Shown here in pieces: positions 15,901 to 27,689 of a stretch of DNA of 64,000 nt. Within the stretch, counting starts at the first letter, position 1, and every line of letters begins with the position of its first letter. The notes beneath the pieces were generated by a model. That model did not search any database, was not told the origin of the DNA, and was given only the letters and a program-made list of their open reading frames with translations. The position numbers and the translations under genes were made by a program. This DNA comes from the human T2T-CHM13v2.0 reference genome, Homo sapiens. The stretch lies in the NCBI RefSeq assembly GCF_009914755.1, contig NC_060927.1; one strand, given 5' to 3'.

Positions 15901-18266
15901 CAATATAATAATAGTTGGGAGCTTGAACACCCAACTCCCATCATTAGACAGAAAATTAACAAAGAAGCATTAAAATGCACATTAGACCAAATGGACCTTA
16001 CAGATATTTAAGAGCATTTCATCCGACCTCTACAGAATACACATTCTTCTCATCAGCACATGGAACACTCTCCAGAATAGACAACATGTTAGGATAGATC
16101 ATATGTTAGGACACACAACCACTCCTATTAAACATAATACTGGAAGTCCTAGCCAGAGCAATAAGGCGAGAGAAAGAAATAAAAGGCATCCAAATTGGAA
16201 AGGAGGAATTCAAATTGTCCCTCTTTGCAGATGAGATGATCTTATATCTAGAAAAACCTGAAGACTTTACCAAAAAAACTCTTAGATCTGATAAATAGAT
16301 TCAGTAAAGTTGCAGAATACAAAACCAACATACAAAAAATAGCATTTATACAATAATGAACTAGCTGAGAAAAAAAATCAAGAAGACAGTCTCATTTACA
16401 ACAGCTACAAAAACCATGAAATACCCAGGAGTAAATTTAACCAAGGAGGTGAAAAACCTCTACATGGAAAACTACAAAACACTGATGAAAGAAACTAATG
16501 AAGACTCAAATATTCAATTTGAGTCTCAAAGAGTCAATGCAATCCGTAACAAAATACAAAGTCATTTTCATAGAAATAGAGAAAAAATCATAAAATTCAT
16601 ATGGAACCAAAAAAACAGCTTGAAGAGCCAAAACAATCCTGAGCAAAATGAACAAAGCTGGAGGTGTCACACTACTTGACTACAAAATATATTACAAGTC
16701 TGTAGTAACCCAAACAATGTGGTATTAGCATAAAAACAGACACATAGACCAATGGAACAGAATAGAGAACTCAGAAATACAGCCACGTATTTACAATCAA
16801 CTGATTTTTTACAAAGGCACCAACAGCATATATTGGTGAAAGAATACCCTCTTCAGTAAATGTTCTGGGAAAAATGAATATTCATATGCAGAAGAATGAA
16901 ACTGGACTCCTACCTATCACTACATTTTAAAAAATCAACACAAGACAGTTAAAGACTTAAACGTACAATCTAAAACTATACAATTACTGGAAGAGAACAT
17001 AGAGGAAACACTTTGGGACATTCATCTAGTCAAAGATTTTATGGCTAATACCTCAAAAGCACAGGCAACAAAAACAAAGATAGAAAAATAGGACTATATT
17101 AAATTAAAAAGCTTCTGCACAACAAAAGGAACAATAAACACTGAAGAAAAAAACACTGAATGGGAGAAAATATTTGCAAACAAATCATCTAATGAGGGAC
17201 TAATATCCAGAATATACACAGAACTCTATCAACTCAACAGTAAAAGAACAAATAATTCCATTAAAAAGTAGGCAAAGGAAATAATAGACATTTATCAAAA
17301 GAAGACATACAGATAGACAAAAGGTATATGAAAAAATGTTCACCATCACTAATCATCAGGAAAATGCAAATCAAAACAATCGTATACAATTAGATATCAT
17401 CTTACCCCAGTTAGAATGGCTAATATTAAAATGACAAAAAATAACAAATCTTGGTGAAGATGCAGAAAAAAGGGAATTTATACACTGCTGGTGGGAATGG
17501 AAATTAGTACAACCACCATGGAATCCAGTATGGAGAGTTATCAAAAAAAAAAAACTAAAAATAGAAATACCATATGATCCAGCAGTCCAACTATTATTTA
17601 TCCAAAGGAAAACAAATCAGTCTATCAAAGGGATGACTGCATTCCCATGTTTATTCACATGCAGCACTATTCACACAGCAAAAGTATGGAATCAACCTAA
17701 GTGTCCATCAGCAGGCTAATGGGTAAAGAAAATGTGGTGTGTGTGTGCATATATATATACACACAATGGGATACTATTCAGCCAAAAAAAAAAAAAAAGT
17801 GAAATCATGACATTTGCAGCAACACGGATGTAACTGTTAAGTGAAATAAGTCAGTCAGGCACAGAAAGGCAAACATCCCATGTTGTTTCTCATATGTGGG
17901 AGCTAAAAAATGTTGATCTCATGGAGGTAGAGAATAGAATGAGAAATACCAGAGATTGAGAAGGATATGTGAGTATGTGTGTAAGCAGGAGGGGGTAAAT
18001 AAAGGTTGGTTAAGGGCTACAAACATACAGTTAGATAGAAGGAATACTTCTTAATATTTGATAGCAGAGTAGCGAGACTATAATTAAAAATGTATCACAT
18101 ATTTAAAATTAGCTAGAAGAGAGCACTTGAAATGTTTCCAAGAAAGAAATGATAAACACTCAAGTGATGGACACCGTGAATAACCTGACTTGATCATTAC
18201 ATAGTCTATGAATATAATCAAGTATTACATGTATCCAGAAACATGTACAAAAATTATGTATCAACA
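12967..18266 (+). mobile_element. 5'-complete, internally deleted L1MA4/L1MA4A-like LINE-1 (5' UTR, ORF1 relic, ORF2 relic, 3' UTR)
   Basis: Starts GGAGGGGCTTCAAGATGACTGACTAGAAGC (old L1 5' end). GC-richer 5' UTR to about 14.3k, ORF1-like 14.35-15.3k, endonuclease relic 15.5-16.1k, RT relic from about 16.12k, L1MA-type 3' UTR. Exact 16-bp TSD AAAAAGTGGGCAAAGG at 12951-12966 and 18267-18282. Confidence 0.9.
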
Positions 18267-18551
18267 AAAAAGTGGGCAAAGGACTTGAGTAGACATTTCC
18301 CTAAGGAAGATACACAAATTACCAATAATCACTTGAAAAGATGCTCAGCATTATTCGTCATTAAGGAAATGCAAATCAAAACCATAATGAGATACCATAC
18401 CTTCTATGATGTCTATAATTAAAAAAAAGAGAACAAGTGTTGGCAAGGATATGAAGAAATTAGAACCATAGTACATTTCTGGTAAGAACGTGGAATTGTG
18501 TAGCTGCTGTGGAAAATTATGTAGCAGTTCCTCAAAAAGTTAAAATTTCCA

Positions 18552-18854
18552 GGCCGGACACAGTGGCTCACACCTGTAATCCCAGCACTTTGGGAGGCCA
18601 AGGAGGGCGTATTGCTTGAGTTCAGGAGTTTGAGACCAGCCTGGGCAACGTAGCAAAACCCTTTCTTTATAAAACATACAAAAATTAGCCAGGCATGGTG
18701 GCGTGTCTCTAGTCCCAGCTACTCAGGAGGCTAAGGCGGGAGGTTTGCTTGAGCCTGGGAGGCGGGTGTTGCCCTGAGCCAAGGAGCCACTGCACTCCAT
18801 CCTTGGCAAGAGAGACAAACCCTGTCTCAAAAAATGAAACAAAATAATAAAAAA
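18552..18854 (+). mobile_element. AluJ-like SINE inserted in L1MB
   Basis: GGCCGGACACAGTGGCTCACACCTGTAATCCCAGC, J-type TTGCTTGAG; TSD TAAAATT(T/A)CCA at 18541-18551 and 18855-18865. Confidence 0.92.
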
Positions 18855-19389
18855 TAAAATTACCATATGACCCAGTTATTTCACTCAAGTATATACTCCA
18901 AATCATTGAAAACAGGGACTCAAACAGATACATGTACAGTCATGGTCATAGCGGCACTATTCGTAATAGATGAAAGGGGGAAACAACCCAAGTGTTCATC
19001 AACAGATGAATGGATAAACAAAATATGGTATATACACACAATGGTATATCATCCACTCTTAAAAAGAAATTTAATTCTAATATACGCTATCACAAGGATG
19101 AGCCTGGAAAACATTATGCTAAGGACACCAAAGGACACCAAAGGACAAATATTGTATAAATTCACTCATATGAAATACCTATGCTGGGAAAATTCATAGA
19201 GACAGAAAACAGAGTAGATATTAGCAGGTTTTGGGGGTAGGGTAATGGGAAATTACTACTTAATGGGTACAGAGTTTCTGTTTGGAGTAATTAAAAAGAT
19301 TTGAATAGCAATGATGGTTGTACAATATGATGCTATTCATATCTTTTTCATTAATGCCACTGAATTGTACACTTACAATGGTAAAAATG

Positions 19390-20065
19390 ATTCCAACTGC
19401 TCCACATCCTCAACAACACTTGGCACACTACTGGTGAGAATATAAAATGATTTCACCTCCTATGGAAAACAATATGGAGGTTCCTCAAAAATTTAAAAAT
19501 AGAACTGCCATATGATCCAGCAATCCCACTTGTGAGTATGTATCCAAAGGAAAGGAAATCAAGATCTTAAAGAGATATCAGCACTCCCATGTTGACTGCA
19601 GCACTATCCACAACAGCCAAGATACAGAAATAACCTAAATGTCCTTCAACATGTGATTAAAGAAAATGTGATATATGCACATGACAGAATTTATTCATCC
19701 TTAAATAGTAAGGAAGTTCTGCCATTCACAACACCATGGATGAATCTTGATGACATTATGCTAAGTGAAATAAGCCAGGAACAGAAAGACAAATATTCCA
19801 TGATTCTGCTTACATGAGGCATTCAAAATAGTCAAATTCACAGAATCAAAGGGTTGAATGAAGGTTGCCAGGGGCTAGGTGGTGAGGGAGAAGATAGTTG
19901 TTAATTAATGAGCAAAAAGTTTCAGTTAAACAAAGTAAATAATTTCTAGAGATCTGCTGTGCAAAATTGTGCCTATAGTCAACAATACTGTATTGTACAC
20001 TTAAAATTTAAAATCACAGATTTCATGTTAAGTGTTGCTGTCACAATAAAATTCTTTTAAAAAAT
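19390..20065 (+). mobile_element. 5'-truncated L1MB1/L1MA10-like 3' fragment with a short 5' inversion
   Basis: 3' end TTCTAGAGATCTGCTGTGC..GTGCCTATAGTCAACAATACTGTATTGTACAC; 19390-19423 is the reverse complement of the adjacent L1 segment. Confidence 0.75.
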
Positions 20066-20368
20066 TAAATGGTAAGTTTTAGGTTTTATATTTTATCACA
20101 ATAAAAAGCAATAACTGAAAGGCCAGAAATAAGGGATTTTTAAAAAAAAAAAAGATGAGGAGTGATATTTATATACAACACAGTAAATATTTACAAGTGG
20201 TACAGCTGAGCAGTAACTAATCAGCATAGACAGCAGCTGCAGACACTGGATCCAGAGGACCAGTTGGTTCAGTTAAATTACTACTTTGAATCAGACATAA
20301 AATTAGTAAAGCTCATCTTCGAAGATCCAGAAAAAAAAGGAAAACTCAGTATGCTCATTACAGCACCA

Positions 20369-20575
20369 CTATATTAAAGCACAAATTGTTAGAACAAAAA
20401 GAGCCATTTTACAGATAAAAACAGCGAGGCTTGCAGAGCTGAAATGATTTGCCAAAGACCCTCTAAATGATCGCTGTCCTGAATGCGTGCCGTCTGCTCT
20501 GAGGTCCTGCTCCCATGACCATCTGTCTCCTCTCATCCGTCCGTGATGTGCTGACTCAAAAGGGGCACAAGAAAT
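20369..20575 (-). other. Candidate terminal exon G (coding part to stop; 3' end unknown)
   Basis: Acceptor CCCTTTTCATTCAAACCAG|; phase-0 frame open for 68 codons (ISCAPF..ICALI*); CpG-enriched. Confidence 0.3.
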
Positions 20576-20789
20576 CTGGTTTGAATGAAAAGGGAGCATC
20601 AATTACTACAGTTGTGACAAGAATATACAGATTTCTGGTTTTCTTAATTCTTCCTCATTCAGGTTGGTAAATGAGCTATTTAGTTTATAATGCCACCGTC
20701 CCCATTCTTTTAGTGGTGACGGTGCTATTATATTTCCTTGAACAGATAACAGGCTGTAGCACAGAATGGTTAAGAACACAGGCAGGCAC

Positions 20790-21210
<421 letters not shown>

Positions 21211-21278
21211 CTAAAAGTTATGAACTGAAACTTGCCAAGTCTCAGTTTTTTCACCTGTAAAACAGGGTTAATGAAGTA

Positions 21279-21605
21279 TAGTCATCCTGTGGTATCTGTG
21301 GGGGATTGGTTCCAGGATCTCCCATGGATACCAAAATCCAAGGGTGCGCAAGTCCCTTATATAAAATGACATAGTATTTGCATGCAAACTACACATATTC
21401 TTCTGTATACTTTAATTTCTGGAAAACTTATAATACCTAATAAAATATAAGTGCTATGTAAATAGTTGTTATACTATCTTGTTTAGGGAATAATGATTTT
21501 TGTAAAAAGCCTGGACATGTTGAGTACAGGTGCAAATTTTTTTCCCCCAAACCTGCAGTTGGTTGAGTACAGGATGCAGGACCCAATGATACAGAGGATG
21601 GACCA
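21279..21605 (+). mobile_element. MER2 (TcMar-Tigger non-autonomous DNA transposon)
   Basis: GGGGGATTGGTTCCAGGA..GGATACCAAAATCC..CAAGTCCCTTATATAAAATG; degenerate TIRs and TA TSDs at 21277-21278 and 21606-21607. Confidence 0.88.
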
Positions 21606-22629
21606 TACCTATATATTCCTCATGGATTTGCTATGAGGCTGGAATGAGATGTCAACATCTTGCATGTATGTAATCAGCACCCAAACAGTGGTAATTGTGT
21701 TAGTCCCCCACCTCCTCTTCCTGTGCAGCCACCACCACCCCTCTGGCCTGGCCACGGGTAAACCTATAGAGAAATCTTCTCTCTAACTCCCTTCTAATCC
21801 ACTCCACGCCACTTCCAGTTACTATTCTAAAGGTTATGATCTTTCATCCTATTCTGCCTACCTTGACAATGATAAAACCTTGTTTGAAAGTCAAGTACTG
21901 GAAAGATAAAAATCATTCAATGACTGAGATGGGAAACACATTTATTACACTTTTCATGTTATTCAAGGCCAATTATCATCCTAAGAAGGCTTATAATTTA
22001 TAGGATGAATGAGAAACATGAACTTTCCATCTCTCCTAGGTTTCTTGGGAGACACTGATAGACAACCCAGAAACACCTTCATCCAGGGAGGCGTTTACAC
22101 ATGGAAGCAATCAGAGCTCATTCTTTATCCCTGTCCATCTTTGACCTTTACAGCACAGATATTTGGATTATTTCTGCCAAATACCTGCCTATAACTAAGC
22201 AATACATGAACTTACATCACTAATTTATAAAATAACAGTCTATCTGAAGGGTACTTATGAAAAAAAAACTATGATAAAATAAGCATTAGAAGATCCAGTT
22301 CTGACATCAGAACAATTAATATGTTCTATCACTGAAAACGACATAATTAAAATAGCTTTCAAAATTAATTCTGAAAAAATATCTAACAATATAAAAATAT
22401 ACTTTAGACTTTTTATGTGTTTTTCAGAAAACAATAAGAAATTTTCCACTTCATTATTTCTTTTTCCTCTGTTATTTATTCCACAGAATTTATCTTTTAA
22501 ATAACTTTTGATACTTACTTGAAATACACATCAGGGTACAAAAGCTTTGATTAAGGATTATTTTCTGTTCTAAACTAAAAGATCAAGTTTTAAATATTCT
22601 AATAACTTTATATAAGAATCCTTTCAGCT

Positions 22630-23050
22630 CACTCACAGTTTTTAGGTGAAATACAGATAATTTAGTGGCTTGTGTGACTAAACTCCAGGGTCCTGTCTTC
22701 AGGTATAGTTTGATCCAGGAGTCAACAGCCTCAGGACTTTCCACTTTTTCTCTTGCCTCTGCTTACCTCTGTACCGGTTTCATTTAGAATTTTCTTCACT
22801 GCTTGTGCCCTGCAGCACCAGACACGTAGCATATTTTCTCAGCAACCTCAGTGGCAAGAGAAGCTCCAACAGTTCAAACCATGGTTATAAACATTTTTCT
22901 GGGATTTTCTCAGTAGAGTCATCAGGAAGATCAACTACACCAAGTAGCCACACTTGGGCCATATTCTCACCCGTAAAGCCAGGGGTTCAGCCTCATCCAA
23001 AACATGAGGACAGAGAGTAGAAGTCTTGAAAATTTCAGGCTACTGCTTCC
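22630..23050 (-). mobile_element. Old MaLR LTR (MLT1J/K-like) relic
   Basis: AACTCCAGGGTCCTGTCTTCAGGTATAGTTTGATCCAGGAGTCAA resembles an MLT1 internal motif; boundaries uncertain. Confidence 0.45.
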
Positions 23051-23845
23051 AGAAGACTAAATGCTGAGGCATCAGAAATAATCTCAACTTTTAGGGCAGA
23101 TCAATTGTTTTTTTTAACATGGAAAACTACTCAGAGTTCCCATTTTAGTTTCTCACAGTGACTAAGAACTCCAGGGTAATATAGCTCTGTGCACTGGTGC
23201 TTGTCCATCTGTGGTATCAGAATATTCAGTTACCCAGCTTCTAAGCATGCCATTTACACTTAATGCTACTGAAATGCTCTGGGCATGGAACATGCTATAT
23301 AAATGCAAAGTATCAATATAAATTTTGGTAAAAGAGGTATTCCCCAGTCAAGAGAAGGAACAGCATGCCTAAAAGATACATCTAATGCATAAAAGAAATG
23401 CTAATGTGTTTCCCCTCCTCACCACATAATTTAAAAATTGCTTTACTCACATCCTATATTTTAGAGGTTCTATTTTGTCTTAGAATGTCTGCACTTCAAT
23501 CACTTGACTTTCTAAAGGTTATCATAACACTACTTTTTCTTTCCAACGGAGCCCCTTCTAGAGGGTGACAGAAGAATTTGTTAGAATTCCAATACAGTGA
23601 CAAAATTATCTTTGCCCTTACTCTCAGACCTGAGAAAAACAGATTTTTCAAGTCCTCTGATAAAGGATTACACTCATTCGGACTTTTTTTTCTTTTTGAA
23701 AAATAAAAAGAAATGGTTTGGGTTAAAGACATAAGTTCCCCTATTTAGTCACAGAAACAAAATCTAGGTCTTAACAGCATACAGTGAAGATGAATGAAAA
23801 CTGGCGCCATGTGGAGGCTGCCAGGATGAGAAGCAGAAACCTCAC

Positions 23846-23915
23846 CTGACCGTTGATCGATGAAACCGTAAAGGTTACAAGAATTGTTAATGTGGAGACA
23901 GATGAGCAAAGGACA
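23846..23915 (-). other. Candidate exon F (70 nt)
   Basis: Acceptor GTTTTTTGCCTTTTTCAG|, donor CAG|GTGAGG; 3 CpGs in 70 nt against a CpG-poor background. Confidence 0.5.
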
Positions 23916-24294
23916 CTGAAAAAGGCAAAAAACGCTAAACTCTTTTTGCTTATTTCTTTTATAAATCACTACACAAAACGGTCTATATGTAATGAATTGC
24001 CTCTTGCCACTGTCCCTACAGGTTGAAGATTAATTAAAAGCATTTTCAGTTACTGATCTAATTACGTGTTTTGTGGTGGTGGTGGTTTTTCATTTGTGGT
24101 CTGTTTTCATTTTTGCTTTGTTTTGATTTTTGGTGGGGAAAACCAGTTCTAGACTGAAGTGTTAAGGAATTGGGTAGAAAGATATTTTTATTAACTAAGA
24201 GTTAGTAAGCATTGAATAACAAGAAAGCATAACAAAGCAAGTTATAAAACTGTGTTTATTTATAACCAATTTATTTTGAAAAGATGGAATATTA

Positions 24295-24470
24295 TAGTAG
24301 CTAGCACTTAGATGGCACCCCCCTATGGGCCAGGCATTTTTCTGAGTGCTTCACATTCATGAACTCATTTAGTACTCACTCTATAGGTAAATACCAAATT
24401 ACCATGACGAATGAGGAAACTTAGGCACAGAGAGAAGTTAAGAAAATTTCCCATCACCTCAGAGAGGTGG
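24295..24470 (-). mobile_element. MIR SINE
   Basis: CTATGGGCCAGGCATTTTTCTGAGTGC..ATGAGGAAACTTAGGCACAGAGAAGTTAAG. Confidence 0.65.
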
Positions 24471-24729
24471 GCAGAGGGATGAATGAAGAGACGGATGGGT
24501 GAATCAATCTGTGATAGTGTTCACCAAAAAATTAATAGTGATTATTTATTGATATTAAGGTAGGATTCTTTGTTATGTTCATTTTATTATTTTGATACTT
24601 CTAGAACATTATAAATATTTCTCATTGAAAAGCTATATATTTTTATAATCAGGAAATAAACATCAATAGCTATTGTCATTTCAGAGCAAAATGTTTCATG
24701 TATGGAACATAGCTTTATAGGCTTTGATG

Positions 24730-25260
24730 ATTCAGATATATCCCATTGAACATCTTGATCTGAATGTGGCACAGTCAGCTCAAACCCAATCAGTTCCAAA
24801 TGGACAGAAGTTCATCTTCTCTCCAAACCTTCTCCTCATCCTCATTCTTTTTCTCAGTGAATGGTGCCACCATATACCTACCCATTCAAGAGAGAAACCT
24901 GGGAGTTACCCCAGAAACTTCACTCCATTCTATCCCATATGGTCAGTAGTTGAGCAAGTTTAGTTAATTTCATTGCCCACCTGGTTCTCAGACCAACGCC
25001 TTCCTCTCGTTGGCCCTTTCTCTCTTCGTCATTGTCTTTACTAACCTAGTTAAGGCTCTTAGCATCTTCTGCCTGCAATATTGCAATAGCCTCCCAATTG
25101 ATCTTGTTCCCTCCCTCCATCATGTTCATTCTTCTCTCTCCTCTCTCCTATCGTACCAGCCATCCTGTCTACAAAAGCTAGGCTTGTGGACATATGACCA
25201 TATTATGCCCCTGCATAAAATTCTCAAGTTGCCACTTGTTATACAAAATAAAAACTAATT
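24730..25260 (+). mobile_element. L2 LINE fragment
   Basis: CTCAAACCCAATCAGTTCCAAA..TCTCAGTGAATGGTGCCACCAT..AGAAACCTGGGAGT..GCAATAGCCTCC, typical of the L2 ORF2 3' region. Confidence 0.6.
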
Positions 25261-25280
25261 ATTAAATAAAAGGACCTCCA

Positions 25281-25633
25281 TGATATGGTTTGGCTCTGTG
25301 TCCTCACCCAAATCTCATCTTGAATTGTACTCCCATAATTCTCACATATTGTGGGAGGGACCCAGTAGGGGATAATTGAATCATGAGAGCGGTTTCCCCC
25401 ATACTGTTTTCCTGGTAGTAAATAAGTCTCATGAGATCTGATGGTTTTATAACGGGTTTCCACTTTCACTTCTTCCTCATTCTCTCTTGCCACTACCATG
25501 TAAGAAGTGCCTTTCACCTTCTGCCATGATTGTGAGTCCTCCCCAGCCACGTGGAACTGTGAGTCTATTAAAGCTATTTTTCTTCCCAGTCTCGGGTATG
25601 TCTTTATCAGCAGCGTGAAAATGGACTAATACA
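25281..25633 (+). mobile_element. THE1A-like solo LTR (ERVL-MaLR)
   Basis: TGATATGGTTTGGCT...GGACTAATACA with exact 5-bp TSD CTCCA at 25276-25280 and 25634-25638. Confidence 0.93.
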
Positions 25634-25951
25634 CTCCATGATCCAGATCACCTACATCTTTCTAATGTCCCAAGCATAAGCTTCCCTTTTACTCTGTTAA
25701 CTCCCCATCTGCATAGGCTTTTCTGTACTTACCTAACCTTATACTAAGGATAACCACCTTCAGAATCATGCTATTCCTTCCATCTAAAACGCCTTCTGCT
25801 GGATTTAAATATTTCTACCCTTAGGCTCTAGGACAGAGCCTACTACCCATTTATTATATTCATTTAGCATTTATGAGGCACTTACTAAACATCAAGCAGT
25901 TTGCCAGTGGTGGTGATGTAAGACTAAACCTAAGCCAACCTGGTTCCTGCA

Positions 25952-26062
25952 AAGAGTGCACACAATTCCTCCCCTTTTTCCCAGGACTATTGGTTTTAGC
26001 ACTGCAAGTCCAGAGTCCCAGGAAGCCCCTCAGGCCTGGGCAGTCCAGGACAGCTGTTACCT
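25952..26062. mobile_element. MER81-like hAT MITE
   Basis: CCCAGGACTATTGGTTTTAGCACTGCAAGTCC..CCCAGGAAGCCCCTCAG..GGACAGCTGTTACCT. Confidence 0.6.
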
Positions 26063-26519
26063 GATTTGTGCACCAAGTAAATTTATGGTCTAGCAAGGAA
26101 AGTTGCTTAATAAATGACCACTTAAAAATTGTATAAATGAAAGAATTACTTTTTATCACACCTGAGGATGGTATTATGAACATCTTTTATCTTTATATAA
26201 TTTTACAATAAATTAAAAATAAACCTGAAATAAATTTTACAATGGAGAGAAAAACATTTAATGTAGTGAACACAAATCCTAACATGGACGGAATCAGATT
26301 GTCTAACTAACGGGGTACAAATGTTGCCAGGACAGCTGCGAAAGGCTTCCTGGAGGGACGGAGGTGAGAACAAAAACTCTGTCTCCCACGAAGGCCAGTG
26401 AAAACTCAGCTTGTGTTTATTCCTGTGATATGTGTTCCATGGGAGGAAATTCTCCTTGACAGTTTCATGGGAAGGGGGTTAGAAAAGCAGGAAATAAGTG
26501 AAAGGACTTCTTAATCCCC

Positions 26520-26670
26520 TCCTGGAAACTCTTCATCGTCCGCATCTGTAGAGTGTGGATAATAGAGGTACCTAACTAACTCTTAAGTTTTTATGAGAAA
26601 TAAATTAATTTAATGCACATAAAGTACTTAGGACAGCGCCTGGCACATGGTAATTCTTCAAAAGTATTAG
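26520..26670 (+). mobile_element. MIR fragment
   Basis: CATCTGTAGAGTGTGGATAATA..AAAGTACTTAGGACAGCGCCTGGCACATGGTAA. Confidence 0.6.
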
Positions 26671-27649
26671 ATTATATCACCACCTCCTCTGCCTTCTATC
26701 TCCACTACTTGTTCTATGTGTGGCCACCAGAAATGTCAGGAGAGGAGCGGGAGATAAAAAGGAAGGCAGGCCGGGCTCAACATCTATTCTTGGCTGAATC
26801 TGAGAAGAGGCTTTGGAAAGTGGGTAGACAGAGGGGTTTGATTTCCATGTTCACCAGGTTTCCCCAGCATACAGTGGAGAGCAGAACAATTTAAGATTCA
26901 ACCTTCAAACCTACCCTGTTTCAACTCACGAAACCATCTGCATCCCCAAGAATATGTGCCGACAGGAAGAGATTTTAAAAGATGGTCTATGGGATACACC
27001 AAGAAAGAAATCCCTTTCTCAAAATATTCCAACACAATCTAGTCCATATTAATAACAAAAATAAAATCTAGTAAATAAATAACTTTTTATACTTAAGCCA
27101 AACATCATTGAACTTAAAAATCAGGATGAGTCGAGACTATTCACACAGATTTACATTAGCCTTAATAAATAATAAGCAAAAATTTCATCTTTTTCTGAGA
27201 GGCTTAAAAACAATCTGATATTTATATTCTGGAGATAGGAATACAGTCATATTCTTTTATAAGTTAGTTGAATTAAAGAGATGAAATAATCAAACCAAGT
27301 ATACGCATTGACATTTTTCTGGCTCCCTTTAAAAAAATGGGTTATTTCAAGTCAACTCAAATATATAGGAATAAATACATTCAGAGCCCAGACACTAAAA
27401 TTGCAACCAGATGGCCAGAGGAGTCCGTCTGAGTTCAGAAGTTTGCATTCCAATAATCCCCCAGTGGCGCTCTTCAGTGCATGTGGCCATTGCAGCACAT
27501 GGCTCATCTTCAAGCATCTTGCCCAAACATATGGCCTCAAGGAGGTGCAGTTGATGGCTGGGAGTTATAAGTGAGCTTTAATCTTAGTAACTTTGATGAT
27601 AAATGTTCAGCTAAAATCTGAGAAACAGCCGGTTTGAGCAAAGACTCAC

Positions 27650-27689
27650 CAGGCAGAGAAAGAGATAGTGTGAGGGTAGGGGTCTCTGC
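27650..27689 (-). other. Candidate exon E (40 nt)
   Basis: Acceptor GTTTTGCTTTTGTTGTTTCCCAG|, donor CTG|GTGAGT. Confidence 0.45.

Larger units (their letters stand above)
12370..20108 (+). mobile_element. Host L1MB-like element split into pieces (12370-12966, 18283-18551, 18866-19389, 20067-20108) by later insertions
   Basis: L1 sequence resumes in register after each insert (AAAAAGTGGGCAAAGG|ACTTGAGTAGACATTTC; GAATTGTACACTTACAATGGTAAAAATG|GTAAGTTTTAGG..TATTTTATCACAATAAAAA, an L1MB-type 3' end). Confidence 0.8.
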
